DNA from: Synechococcus sp.
Lineage (GTDB): Bacteria > Cyanobacteriota > Cyanobacteriia > PCC-6307 > Cyanobiaceae
Reading direction: 5' to 3'
NCBI GenBank assembly: GCA_047284725.1
Contig: JBJBEO010000001.1
Location: forward strand, 2,456,203 to 2,520,202
Length of the DNA stretch: 64,000 bases
The notes beneath the pieces are model-generated. The model saw only the letters and a list, made by a program, of their open reading frames with translations. It searched no databases and was not told where the DNA came from. This document shows positions 34,274-45,889 of the stretch, piece by piece. Every line of letters starts with the position of its first letter. Positions within the stretch are counted from its first letter, which is position 1. A program made the translations under genes and the position numbers.

Positions 34274-34298
34274 GGTCAACGCGCACCAGCAAGCGGTG

Positions 34299-35405
<1,107 letters not shown>

Positions 35406-35439
35406 CGGCGAATGGCAAAGGACCGGTGGAATCTAGGTC

Positions 35440-36036
35440 TCAGGGCTGGGCGTCCTTCAGACCGTCGAGGGGCGACTCCGAAAAGAACTGCACCAGGCCG
35501 GAAATCGACTGGGCTTTGTCCACCACAGCCATCAGTGCGGGAATGTTCACTTCCATCACGTCTGCCGGATAGGCCTGCAGGAATTTGATGGCGGTGAGGC
35601 CCCCGTCATCGATCTGAAGCCCATTGATCACTCCGGCTCGGATGGCTGGAACGCTCACATCAGGTGAGGGAACCATCAAGGGATAGATGATGCGAGCGAC
35701 GCGGCGGATGATCACATCGCCGATGCGGGTTGACATCAAACGACTGGTGAGCACCAGCGGCAGCTTCAGTTCCTGGTTGAGCAGTTTCGCCACATTGGCA
35801 GGATCCTGATTGCTGAACCGCAGCAGATCCACCATCAGGCCGCGTGGTTTGCCGGTTTCGGCGAGGTAGGCGAGATCGTCAACGGACAAGGAGCGCCGGA
35901 AGGCTCCACTCACAAGGGCCACATCCTTGGCGGCTTGAGCGGGACGACTGCTCACCACTCCCAGTCCAGTGATGGCCATGCCCATCCCGGCGGCCATGGC
36001 CAGCAAGCGGAGCCGGCGACCTTTCGAACGGATCAC
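35440..36036 (-). CDS. Secreted DUF1400-like protein (alpha/beta hydrolase-associated domain)
   Basis: Signal peptide PAQAA, then FRRSLSVDDL..LAETG typical of cyanobacterial DUF1400. Confidence 0.7.
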   Translation of the reverse strand: MIRSKGRRLRLLAMAAGMGMAITGLGVVSSRPAQAAKDVALVSGAFRRSLSVDDLAYLAETGKPRGLMVDLLRFSNQDPANVAKLLNQELKLPLVLTSRLMSTRIGDVIIRRVARIIYPLMVPSPDVSVPAIRAGVINGLQIDDGGLTAIKFLQAYPADVMEVNIPALMAVVDKAQSISGLVQFFSESPLDGLKDAQP

Positions 36037-36071
36037 TGCAGACAGCCCCGATACTGTGTTGTCAACGGAAT

Positions 36072-37958
36072 TTAGGCAGGGATTCCGGCTGCCACCTTCA
36101 CCAGGCGGACAACTCCTCGTTCGGCCAGGCCCTTCGCCACCTGGGCACCCATGCGTCGGGCCGTCGGCTCCTGGATGAGACGAGGCAGACGTTTGAGCAC
36201 CAGATCAGGGCTGAACCCTGGCAGTTGCTGCAGCACCGCCAAGAGCTGCCGGATCGGTTCCAGATCGAGCATGCTGTCCTGTTGATAGGCCAACGGATCG
36301 GCATTGGTGATCAAGGCTGGTTGCAGTGCCCGGGGCAGCTGACGACCAAGGCGTTGCACGGTGAGCCACCCCAGAGCATCCACTCGATCCACGACCGCCT
36401 CCACCAGTTGGCCGCGCAGCATGCCTCCGTTGGCTGAAAACAGGAAGTTGAGAACCTGGTCGAGCAGGGTGTCGAGATCCAGTTCAGCTTGGCTGGCGGC
36501 GCTGGCGACCAGGTTTTCAAGTCGTGTCCAGCGGAATGCCTCTCCTTCGAACAGCATTTCCTTGAGGCTTTCGCGCAATTGCGGATCGGGATCCTCCATC
36601 AAGCGCTGGGCGAAATAGGGATAGGCGGCTCCCAGGATCTTGAAATCGGGATCCACGCTCAAGGCGATGCCTTCCAGCGTCACCAGTGAGCGAATGATCA
36701 GGGCGTAATAGGGCGGCACGCGGAAGGGAAATTTGTACATCACCCCCGACATATCGTCGGTGACGCTTTTGAAATCCATGCGGTTGACCCCCATCTCGAG
36801 GGCCTGACTGAACACGGATTCGAAGGCCGGCACAATCGGCGCGAGATCGACATCCTCGGCCAGGAAGCCGAGGGTGACGAAATCTTTGGAGAGCTTGCCG
36901 AAGTTGCGGTTGACCAGATGCACCACCGCTTGGATGAGACCTGTGCGGGATTCCCTGCTCACCTCGCTCATCATGCCGAAATCGAGGTAGCAGAGTCGTC
37001 CGTCCTCCAGGGCCAGCAGGTTGCCGGGATGGGGATCGGCATGGAAGAAACCGTGTTCGAGCAGCTGTTGCAGGCTGCAACTCACGCCCACTTCCACCAT
37101 GTCGTCGGGATCGATGCCCATCGCCCGAACCGCCTCGAGATTGGTGAGCTTGACCCCGTTGATCCATTCCATGGTCAGCACACGCCGGCTGGTGGCTTCT
37201 CGGTAGATGGCAGGAACGGCGATGCGGGGGTTGTGGCGGTGGAGGTCGCGAAAGGTTTCGGCGTTGCTGGCCTCGTTGAGATAGTCCATCTCCTCGAAGA
37301 CGCGGCTGCCCAGCTCATCAATCAGGGCCACCAGATCGCTGCGGATCAGGCCGATGTTGCTGTTGAGCCATGCGGCGATGTTGCGCACGATGTAGAGGTC
37401 GAGCGTGATCTGCTCGCGCAGGCCGGGCCTCTGCACCTTCACGGCCACGGCTTGCCCGCCTTTGAGGACTCCCCGGTGCACCTGTCCAAGGGAGGCTGCG
37501 GAGATCGGTTCGCGATCGAGGCTTTCGTAGATCTCGTCCACGGGGGCGCCGAGGTCGTCTTCGATGCACGCCATCGCCAGGGTGCTGTCGAATCCGGGCA
37601 GTTGATCCTGCAATTGCGAGAGTTCTTCCAGCAGCACCGGCGGCACGATGTCGGGCCGGGTCGACAGGGCTTGTCCCGCTTTGATGAAGGCGGGACCCAG
37701 ATCAACGAGAAGTTCTGCGCATTCGCGGGCTCGACTCCGGGCTCGATCCGGATTGTTCAACAGGCCCAGTAACCAGTCGACGGCGAGCCCGATCAGCAGG
37801 AGCCCTATCGGCACCAGGGTCTGCCATAGCCGCCGCAACAGGCGTTGCGGGTGGCCTGCGTAGATGCGAGTGATGGCAGCCGGGTCGTAGCTGAGCAGAC
37901 CAGAGGCTTCGATGAAATCACCCAGTTCCTGTTCGATCACTGCCGTGCTGCCAATCAC
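36072..37958 (-). CDS. ABC1/AarF/UbiB family atypical kinase
   Basis: LGPAFIKAGQ, AASLGQVH, VAVKVQRP, FHADPHPGN, YLDFGM. Confidence 0.93.
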   Translation of the reverse strand: MIGSTAVIEQELGDFIEASGLLSYDPAAITRIYAGHPQRLLRRLWQTLVPIGLLLIGLAVDWLLGLLNNPDRARSRARECAELLVDLGPAFIKAGQALSTRPDIVPPVLLEELSQLQDQLPGFDSTLAMACIEDDLGAPVDEIYESLDREPISAASLGQVHRGVLKGGQAVAVKVQRPGLREQITLDLYIVRNIAAWLNSNIGLIRSDLVALIDELGSRVFEEMDYLNEASNAETFRDLHRHNPRIAVPAIYREATSRRVLTMEWINGVKLTNLEAVRAMGIDPDDMVEVGVSCSLQQLLEHGFFHADPHPGNLLALEDGRLCYLDFGMMSEVSRESRTGLIQAVVHLVNRNFGKLSKDFVTLGFLAEDVDLAPIVPAFESVFSQALEMGVNRMDFKSVTDDMSGVMYKFPFRVPPYYALIIRSLVTLEGIALSVDPDFKILGAAYPYFAQRLMEDPDPQLRESLKEMLFEGEAFRWTRLENLVASAASQAELDLDTLLDQVLNFLFSANGGMLRGQLVEAVVDRVDALGWLTVQRLGRQLPRALQPALITNADPLAYQQDSMLDLEPIRQLLAVLQQLPGFSPDLVLKRLPRLIQEPTARRMGAQVAKGLAERGVVRLVKVAAGIPA

Positions 37959-38014
37959 CCCCTTCTAAACGAGCTGTGCAGCCGCTACGGTCACCTTGAT
38001 CACCGGGTGCTGCC

Positions 38015-39718
38015 GTGCTGTCCGGTCTGCAACTTCACAACATCGCTCTGATCGACAGCCTGGAGCTGGATTTTCAGCCTGGCTTCACGGTGCTCACCGG
38101 TGAAACAGGCGCTGGCAAATCACTTCTGCTGGATGCGCTGGATGCCGTGCTTGGTGGCTTGCAGGGCATGGCGGCGACGCGTCTGGTGCGGTCGGCTGAG
38201 TCTCGGGCCGGCATCGAAGCTCGCTTCTCTCCCACTGCATCGGTCGTCGCCTGGTTGCGTCAGCACGATCTCAGCTGTGGTTTGGATGATGAGGATGCTG
38301 ATGACTTGGTGGTGAGTCGGGAATGGCGTCGCCAAGAGGATCGTCTTTCCAGTCGGTTTCGCATCAACGGCATTGCCGTCAACCGTCAGCAGGTGCTGGC
38401 CTTGCGACCGTTGCTGATCGACCTCACCGTTCAGGGCCAGACCCAGCAGCTGGCACGCCCTGGTCAGCAACGACGCTGGCTGGATCATCTGGGGGGGGCA
38501 TCCCTCGAGGCAGCCCTGGTGCAGGTGCGCACCTGCTGGTTGCAATGGCGTGAGGCGGCTTCGCTCCTGCTGCAGGCCCAGCATCAGGCGGATCAGCTCC
38601 AGGAGCAACTGGAGGAACGGCAGGCTTTGCTGGCGGAGCTGGATGCCGCTGCTCTGGATGACCCCGATGAACTGCGTTTGCTGACGGCGGAGCAAGACCG
38701 TCTCGTGCATGGGGTCCGTCTGCAGGAGGGTCTGGCTCAGTTGATCGGTCGTCTTCAGGACGGTGCGGACCAGGCTCCTTCAGCGATTGATCACCTCTTG
38801 GCCTGTTGCCATGAGCTGCAGCACATGCAGCAGCTGGACGGGTCCCTTCAACCTCTGAATGACCGCTGTCTCGACCTGGAGGCTGGTCTACGAGACCTGA
38901 TCCGAGACCTGGAGGTGTACGGCGCAAGCCTTGAGAGCGATCCCGCTCGTTTGAGTGAACTGCAAGACAGACTGGCTTTGCTCAAGCGCCTTGAACGTCG
39001 CCATGGCCAGGATCTGGCCGCTCTATGCGATCTGCGGGATCAGTTGCATGAGCAGATGGTGGAGGGCGGGGCTGCTGAGGCTCTGGAGCAGTTGACCGCT
39101 GCTGAGGCCGAGGCTTGTGGTGCCCGTGACCAGGCCAATCAGACCCTGACCGCAGTGCGCGAGCAGGTGGCCCATCAGTTGGAGCAGACCCTGCTCGATC
39201 ATCTGCGTCCGATGGGGTTGGCCAATGTTCGGTTTCAGGTGGCGATCACCCCCTGTGATCCCAGTGATCATGGAGCTGATGCGGTCAGTTTTCTTTTTTC
39301 CGCCAACCCAGGCCAGCCGCTGGCTCCCCTTGCGGAGGTGGCCTCCGGGGGTGAGATGTCGCGGTTTTTGCTGGCGTTGAAGACCTGTCTGGCCGGCGTG
39401 GATGGATCGAGCTCACTGCTTTTTGATGAAATCGACTCCGGCGTCAGTGGGCGGGTCAGCGGAGCCATGGCCGATCTGCTGCGCACCATGGCTCGTCAAC
39501 GTCAGGTGTTTTGCGTCACGCACCAGCCGCTGGTGGCGGCCGCTGCCGATCATCATTTCCGAGTGAGCAAGACCGTGGTGGACGGGCAGACCCGCTCGCG
39601 AGTGTCCCAGCTGCGGGACACTCAGGCCCGCGAGCAGGAGTTGGCCGAACTCGCAGGGGGAGCGTTGGGTGAAGCCCGTGCTTATGCCGCCAGTCTTCTT
39701 GATCAACGTGTGGCTTGA
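38015..39718 (+). CDS. recN: DNA repair protein RecN
   Basis: TGETGAGKS, coiled coil, FSANPG, ASGGEMSR, FDEIDSG, VTHQP. Confidence 0.95.
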   Translation: MLSGLQLHNIALIDSLELDFQPGFTVLTGETGAGKSLLLDALDAVLGGLQGMAATRLVRSAESRAGIEARFSPTASVVAWLRQHDLSCGLDDEDADDLVVSREWRRQEDRLSSRFRINGIAVNRQQVLALRPLLIDLTVQGQTQQLARPGQQRRWLDHLGGASLEAALVQVRTCWLQWREAASLLLQAQHQADQLQEQLEERQALLAELDAAALDDPDELRLLTAEQDRLVHGVRLQEGLAQLIGRLQDGADQAPSAIDHLLACCHELQHMQQLDGSLQPLNDRCLDLEAGLRDLIRDLEVYGASLESDPARLSELQDRLALLKRLERRHGQDLAALCDLRDQLHEQMVEGGAAEALEQLTAAEAEACGARDQANQTLTAVREQVAHQLEQTLLDHLRPMGLANVRFQVAITPCDPSDHGADAVSFLFSANPGQPLAPLAEVASGGEMSRFLLALKTCLAGVDGSSSLLFDEIDSGVSGRVSGAMADLLRTMARQRQVFCVTHQPLVAAAADHHFRVSKTVVDGQTRSRVSQLRDTQAREQELAELAGGALGEARAYAASLLDQRVA

Positions 39719-39769
39719 ACGGTTAGGGGCTTTCTCTCCGTAGACTTTCTCGCTGCTGATCTGCGTTGC

Positions 39770-42748
39770 ATGCGTCCTGCCGCCGCCAAGACGAAGGACG
39801 TGTCCCGTCAGGAGCCTGTCAACCTCAGCGGTGGCTCTCTGGAGGACGTGATCCGTGTGCGCGGCGCTCGCCAGCACAACCTCAAGAATGTTGATGTCAC
39901 CATCCCCCGCAACAAGATGGTGGTGTTCACGGGGGTGAGCGGCAGCGGTAAGAGCTCCCTGGCCTTCGACACAATTTTTGCCGAGGGTCAACGTCGTTAC
40001 GTCGAAAGCCTGTCGGCTTACGCCCGTCAGTTCCTTGGCCAGGTGGATAAGCCTGACGTGGATGCCATCGAGGGGCTGTCACCGGCGATTTCGATCGATC
40101 AGAAATCCACCAGCCACAACCCCCGTTCCACGGTGGGCACGGTCACCGAAATCCAGGACTACTTACGCCTTCTCTTTGGCCGTGCTGGTGAGCCCCACTG
40201 CCCTCAGTGCGACCGGGCCATCCGGCCTCAGACCATTGATGAAATGGTCGATCAGATTCTCACGTTGCCTGAGGGCACCCGTTATCAGCTGCTTGCTCCT
40301 GTGGTGCGGGGCAAGAAGGGCACCCATGCCAAATTGATCAGTGGTCTGGCGGCTGAGGGCTTTGCCCGCGTGCGGGTGAACGGTGAAGTGCGCGAGCTCG
40401 CCGACAACATTGAGCTGGATAAGAACCACCTCCACAACATTGAAGTTGTGGTGGATCGTCTGGTGGCACGCGAGGGGATTCAGGAGCGCCTCACCGATTC
40501 GTTGCGCACTGCCCTCAAGCGCGGTGATGGGCTGGCGATTGTGGAGGTTGTGCCCAAAAAAGAGGAGCAGTTGCCCGAGGGATTGGATCGGGAGCGCTTG
40601 TATTCCGAGAACTTCGCCTGCCCGGAACATGGGTCGGTGATTGAGGAACTGTCACCGCGTTTGTTTTCGTTCAACAGCCCTTACGGAGCCTGTGACGATT
40701 GCCACGGCATTGGCCATCTACGCAAGTTCACCGCTGAGAGGGCTGTCCCCGATCCTTCCCTGCCGGTGTACGCCGCAGTGGCTCCCTGGGCGGAGAAAGA
40801 TAATTCCTACTACTTCTCGTTGCTGTATTCAGTCGGGGAAGCCTTCGGTTTTGAGATCAAAACGCCTTGGCAGGATCTCACCGATGAACAGAAAGACATC
40901 CTCCTCAATGGCAGCCGTGAGCCGATCCTGATCCAGGCCGACAGCCGCTACCGAAAAAGCGCCGGTTACACCCGTCCTTTCGAGGGCATTCTTCCCATCC
41001 TGCAGCGGCAGTTGCGGGATGCCAGTGGGGAGGCCATGCGCCAGAAGCTGGAGAAATATCTCGAGTTAGTGCCCTGTGCCAGCTGTGCTGGGCAACGACT
41101 GCGAGCTGAGGCTCTGGCTGTGCGGATCGGTCCGTTCCGGATCACGGAGCTCACAGCGGTGAGTGTGGGGCAGACCCTGGAGCGCATCGAACAGTTGATG
41201 GGCGTAGGGGCATCAGAAGGGTGTGAACCGTTGCTCACCCCCCGTCAGATTCAGATCGGGGACCTGGTGCTGCGGGAGATTCGCATGCGTCTGCGTTTCC
41301 TCCTCGACGTTGGCCTTGATTACCTCAGCCTTGATCGTCCGGCGATGACGCTGTCGGGCGGTGAAGCTCAGCGCATTCGCCTTGCCACGCAGATCGGTGC
41401 CGGTCTCACAGGTGTTCTCTATGTGTTGGATGAACCGAGCATCGGCTTGCATCAGCGCGATAACGACCGCCTGTTGGCCACGCTCGAGCGCCTCCGCGAT
41501 CTCGGCAACACCCTGGTGGTGGTGGAGCACGATGAAGACACCATTCGGGCAGCCGATCATCTGGTTGATATCGGCCCCGGCGCGGGTGTCCACGGAGGTC
41601 ACATCGTTGCGGAGGGCGACCTCAACACCTTGTTGAACGCAGAAGCGTCGCTGACGGGTGCTTATCTCAGCGGTCGGCGCTCGATTCCAACGCCACCGGA
41701 ACGACGCAGCGCCGGCAGTCGCAGCATCAAGTTGCTCAACTGCTCTCGCAACAACCTCTGCGACGTGAGTGTGGAGTTTCCCCTCGGACGCTTGGTGTCG
41801 GTCACCGGCGTGAGCGGCAGTGGCAAGAGCACGTTGGTGAATGAACTGCTCCATCCCGCTCTCGAGAATGGATTGGGTCACAAAGTGCCGTTCCCTGCTG
41901 GCCTTGGCGAGCTGCGTGGCCTCAAGTCAATCGACAAGGTGATCGTGATCGATCAGTCACCGATTGGTCGCACACCCCGATCCAATCCGGCCACCTACAC
42001 CGGTGCCTTCGATCCGATCCGTCAGGTGTTTGCCGCCACTGTGGAGGCGAAGGCCCGTGGTTATCAGGTGGGTCAGTTCAGCTTCAACGTCAAAGGGGGG
42101 CGCTGCGAGGCTTGCCGCGGTCAGGGTGTGAACGTGATCGAGATGAATTTCCTCCCCGACGTCTACGTGCAGTGCGACGTCTGTAAGGGAGCTCGTTTCA
42201 ATCGTGAGACCTTGCAGGTGACCTACAAGGGCCACACCATCGCCGATGTGCTCGAGATGACGGTGGAGCAGGCGGCAGATGTGTTCTCAGCCATTCCCCA
42301 GGCAGCCGATCGCTTACGCACGCTGGTGGATGTAGGCCTTGGCTACGTCAAGCTTGGCCAGCCAGCCCCCACGTTGTCGGGTGGCGAAGCGCAACGGGTG
42401 AAGCTGGCTACAGAACTTTCGCGCCGGGCAACGGGCAAGACGCTCTATCTGATCGATGAGCCCACCACTGGCTTGAGCTTTTATGACGTGCACAAGTTGA
42501 TGGATGTGATGCAGCGGTTGGTGGATAAGGGCAATTCGATCATCTGCATCGAGCACAACCTGGATGTGATTCGCTGTTCAGACTGGTTGATCGACCTGGG
42601 TCCGGAGGGAGGCGATAAGGGCGGAGAGATTGTGGTCTGCGGGACTCCGGAAGACGTGGCTCAGCATCCCACCAGCCATACCGGTCGCTACTTGGCCAAG
42701 GTGCTGGAGCAGCATCCACCTGAGGCTCTGGAGGCTGCTGCTGCGTAA
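39770..42748 (+). CDS. uvrA: Excinuclease ABC subunit A
   Basis: Two ABC cassettes GVSGSGKS/LSGGEAQR, Zn fingers, GARQHNLKN. Confidence 0.97.
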   Translation: MRPAAAKTKDVSRQEPVNLSGGSLEDVIRVRGARQHNLKNVDVTIPRNKMVVFTGVSGSGKSSLAFDTIFAEGQRRYVESLSAYARQFLGQVDKPDVDAIEGLSPAISIDQKSTSHNPRSTVGTVTEIQDYLRLLFGRAGEPHCPQCDRAIRPQTIDEMVDQILTLPEGTRYQLLAPVVRGKKGTHAKLISGLAAEGFARVRVNGEVRELADNIELDKNHLHNIEVVVDRLVAREGIQERLTDSLRTALKRGDGLAIVEVVPKKEEQLPEGLDRERLYSENFACPEHGSVIEELSPRLFSFNSPYGACDDCHGIGHLRKFTAERAVPDPSLPVYAAVAPWAEKDNSYYFSLLYSVGEAFGFEIKTPWQDLTDEQKDILLNGSREPILIQADSRYRKSAGYTRPFEGILPILQRQLRDASGEAMRQKLEKYLELVPCASCAGQRLRAEALAVRIGPFRITELTAVSVGQTLERIEQLMGVGASEGCEPLLTPRQIQIGDLVLREIRMRLRFLLDVGLDYLSLDRPAMTLSGGEAQRIRLATQIGAGLTGVLYVLDEPSIGLHQRDNDRLLATLERLRDLGNTLVVVEHDEDTIRAADHLVDIGPGAGVHGGHIVAEGDLNTLLNAEASLTGAYLSGRRSIPTPPERRSAGSRSIKLLNCSRNNLCDVSVEFPLGRLVSVTGVSGSGKSTLVNELLHPALENGLGHKVPFPAGLGELRGLKSIDKVIVIDQSPIGRTPRSNPATYTGAFDPIRQVFAATVEAKARGYQVGQFSFNVKGGRCEACRGQGVNVIEMNFLPDVYVQCDVCKGARFNRETLQVTYKGHTIADVLEMTVEQAADVFSAIPQAADRLRTLVDVGLGYVKLGQPAPTLSGGEAQRVKLATELSRRATGKTLYLIDEPTTGLSFYDVHKLMDVMQRLVDKGNSIICIEHNLDVIRCSDWLIDLGPEGGDKGGEIVVCGTPEDVAQHPTSHTGRYLAKVLEQHPPEALEAAAA

Positions 42749-42896
42749 CAGGGCAGGGGCTTTTCAGGGGATCTGAGGGCTTAGGGAGAAGGGCTGGGCG
42801 TCAGGGATTGCTTGGATGTGATCTCTTGTGCCATCGCCTGCCTTTCCGTATTCGGTTTGAGTGGGCGAGAAAACCGGGGATAGGCATTGAGATCAT

Positions 42897-43279
42897 TCAT
42901 TCCTGACTTTTTCTTTGTCCTCGTCTCGGATGAATGGAATGTCGATTGGCAATGTAATGGCCGACTGTGGCGAATCCGCTTGCTCCAAGCCCTGTTAAGA
43001 CGGCTTCGGACCAAGCTTCACCAAAGTGTGATGGGTGAACCAAGTAATCGACCACTGCAGTGATCACTGCCAGTAAAACAATTGTTTTCCAGAATCGATT
43101 GACTCTTAAAATCTTTTTGGCGCAATGTACGTAGCGATGACGCCAAGGCTTACTTTGAGGGCTGTGAATGCATGGTCTCCGGTGATTTTTGAAACGTCAC
43201 CTTGAATCATGAACAGCATGCAAGATAGCCAGACTTCTCCTGTTCTTTCAATGAATTCAGGTAGCTCTAGGTCCTTCAA
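42897..43279 (-). pseudogene. Frameshifted small membrane protein gene (not in ORF track)
   Basis: TTG 43279 frame LKDLEL...WLSCMLFMIQGDVSKITGDHAFTALKVSLGVIATYIA; after a 1-nt shift near 43120 continues AKKILRVNRFWKTIVLLAVITAVVDYLVHPSHFGEAWSEAVLTGLGASGF...QE* (TGA 42897-42899). Confidence 0.65.
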
Positions 43280-43500
43280 GTCAGCGACCAGTGATTGTTG
43301 GAATCATAGCCAATGGTTACTGTTTGACCACCTTGGTCTGCTTCAGCGACTGCTCAATGATCTTTGAGATTTTTAGCGGTCTTGGCTGTGTTGTGATCTC
43401 TACTCTGATCGGAAAATAAGTTTTACAAGACTGCCAGTTTCCAGGCAGGATGCACCCCTAACGGATGCTTCTCTGTCATTCAAGTATTAATATTGGCTGA

Positions 43501-43959
43501 TTAGAATGGACCATTGGCGTTCCCGTTGATGAATCCAGAAGGAAGATTGGAATATAGAATTTCCCAAAGACTTGGTCGCTTGAGGAGATCTCGTTTGGCC
43601 TCATCAATCAGTTGAGCTCGGCTGTTGTCATCGATTTCCAGTGCGTTGCATAAGCGATCGAATGCAAGTCGCTCATCGTGGTTCACTGAAAACTGGTAAT
43701 CTTCCCGTGATGAAGCAATGACCATATAGGCAAGCTTGGCTGTGAGCAATCTGTGGTCTTCATGGAGTTCAGTCACGAGCTTTTCGATGTGGTCTGGGTG
43801 ATTGAACTCAACAGCCCATGAGGGAATCGAGGCATCTTTCAAGTAACGTTGACTGAGGTCATCTAGTAGCTCTTCTTCTTCCGGTGCAACGTTTCCATCT
43901 GCAATCGCCATCAAATTGAGAATCTGAATCATGATCGCTGCTGAACGAAAATCCATCAC
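43501..43959 (-). CDS. TerB-like (tellurite resistance B fold) protein
   Basis: MAIADGNVAPEEEELL motif; second repeat AYMVIASS...VNHDERLAFDRLCNAL. Confidence 0.75.
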   Translation of the reverse strand: MMDFRSAAIMIQILNLMAIADGNVAPEEEELLDDLSQRYLKDASIPSWAVEFNHPDHIEKLVTELHEDHRLLTAKLAYMVIASSREDYQFSVNHDERLAFDRLCNALEIDDNSRAQLIDEAKRDLLKRPSLWEILYSNLPSGFINGNANGPF

Positions 43960-44734
43960 AGACTGAAGGCTTCCTCTTGTTTAACTCCTTAATCTCCTTT
44001 AGTGCCAATTTCTCTCTTTCTATCAAGCTTTCATCGCAACCAAGTTGCTTTGAGACCATCTGGGTGTCTTTTGATCAGCAGATTCCCTGCTTGCAACTGC
44101 ACTCCATCCCAGGTGAGATCGATTGATTCGTCCTTGTGCAGTCCGGTCTTTCACCATGGAGCACCTATGGAGACAACCAGCTCTCATCGGCCTTGAGATC
44201 CTCTTGCCTTCGCCTCACCGGCACCATCACTCGAATTGCCTGAAATGCTTCGTTTTGGTCGCCCAGTGCGGCTGGTGTTGAGGCTCTTTGACTTTGTTGA
44301 TGGCTCAATATCCTGCTTCTGTCTCCAGGTCACAAAGGCTTCTGTCTTTGTTTTGGTTCTTATTGGCTGTCCGTCCCACTGAACGCCCTGGTCCGCGTGA
44401 GTCTTGTCTGCCGGTCACTTGGACTCCATCAATCGCTTCAGTTCAGAAGATCCGATTCCTTTTTATCCACGAGGGGGGCGATCGCTGCTTGGTAATTTAT
44501 CCATTTCCCCCCTAATGGGTGTTGCTCCAGATCTCAGTCGAGATCACTTCCACCTTGCCAAACGTATTGGAGTGAGAGTTCACTTCTATCTGCCTCTGTT
44601 CAAGACCTATGGTTCATTTAGTTAATGTTTGATTCATATTACAGGTGCTATATTTGGCTAATGGCTCGCTTTTGCTGAATATCTTATATTTTGCTAGCCT
44701 TGGCAAAGAATGTTTGAGTAAAACTCTATAAAGC

Positions 44735-45889
44735 GTGACGATCCATCAAAAGTCGAGAGAAATTTTCACTAACGTGCGGAGTTTTTTTATTCCGTCAGTT
44801 GACGACTCTTCACCGGAACTTCTCGGTGATCAGTTTGTTGGTCTTTTCTGCTTAGTTGCGGCGTCTGTTCATTTTGTGATGGTTGTGACTTCTCAGCATG
44901 TGGTTGATGCGGGGATTTGGGAACGGTTATCGTTGCTTGTGGTGGCAGTTTGTTATGGCATCTGGCGACTTAGATGGAAATTTCCTGCTGCCGATCATCT
45001 ATCTCTCTCACGCAAGATAAGTCGGTTTTTGGCACTTTGGGTTTGTTTTCGTTGGTTGGCGATCTGGATGTCTCCAAATCCGGACACGTTATACATTAAT
45101 GTTGTTAGTGGATTGTTGTATATGCCACTATTACTTGCATGTCTTAATCTTTTAAGCATCGAAAGGCGAACTATTTTGCTTGTTACTATATGCTTTATCG
45201 TTTCACCCATACTGTTCAGCAATCAAATCTTATTACGCTTAACTCCTTTCCGTGACTGGCGCCTTAGTGTCAGTCTGGCCGGATTTTATTTGGTTTTTAG
45301 CTATCTTTTGTCTTCTATTCTTAGCTTAAAAGCCCAAGTCTCTAAGTTGACTGCAAGCAATGTGGTACTTGGCCATACTGCAATGACTGATTCGCTTACT
45401 CAATTACTCAATAGACGAGGTTTCGAGAATTTGCGTCAGCGCTTTAATCATCAAAATAGCGGGATTATTATGCTAGATGTTGATCATTTTAAGTTTATCA
45501 ATGATACACTAGGGCATGATATTGGTGATGCCGTCCTTGCGGCCCTTGCATCTACCATTCAGCAAGTGACTCGGACTGAAGACCTAGTGTCTCGTTGGGG
45601 TGGCGAGGAATTCTTGTTAATGGTGGGCTTGAATAAGGATGGTCGTGAAGCCGAAGCCTTGTTATTTCAATTGGCTACAAAAATTCTTGCTGTGATCAAG
45701 GATTTTAACTGGAATCAAGTCCACTCCGAGCTTAAAACTGTCACAGTAAGTGCTGGAATTATTGTGGTTAACCACGATATTGATTTTCGCCAGGCATTGA
45801 TCGCTGCTGATCTAGCAATGCTGAACGCTAAGCGCAACGGGCGTGATCAAGTTCACATAGGTGAAATAGAACATAATTCGAAGAATTGA
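44735..45889 (+). CDS. Membrane-bound diguanylate cyclase (multi-TM + GGDEF)
   Basis: ~6 hydrophobic segments, TDSLTQLLNRR, DVDHFKFINDTLGH, RTED I-site, RWGGEEF, AKRNGRD. Confidence 0.92.
   Translation: MTIHQKSREIFTNVRSFFIPSVDDSSPELLGDQFVGLFCLVAASVHFVMVVTSQHVVDAGIWERLSLLVVAVCYGIWRLRWKFPAADHLSLSRKISRFLALWVCFRWLAIWMSPNPDTLYINVVSGLLYMPLLLACLNLLSIERRTILLVTICFIVSPILFSNQILLRLTPFRDWRLSVSLAGFYLVFSYLLSSILSLKAQVSKLTASNVVLGHTAMTDSLTQLLNRRGFENLRQRFNHQNSGIIMLDVDHFKFINDTLGHDIGDAVLAALASTIQQVTRTEDLVSRWGGEEFLLMVGLNKDGREAEALLFQLATKILAVIKDFNWNQVHSELKTVTVSAGIIVVNHDIDFRQALIAADLAMLNAKRNGRDQVHIGEIEHNSKN

Noticed and set aside
43859..44625. Small ORFs 43859-44059, 44002-44196, 44288-44515, 44404-44625
   Set aside because: Short, mutually overlapping and without recognisable family; may be gene remnants but I cannot support that.
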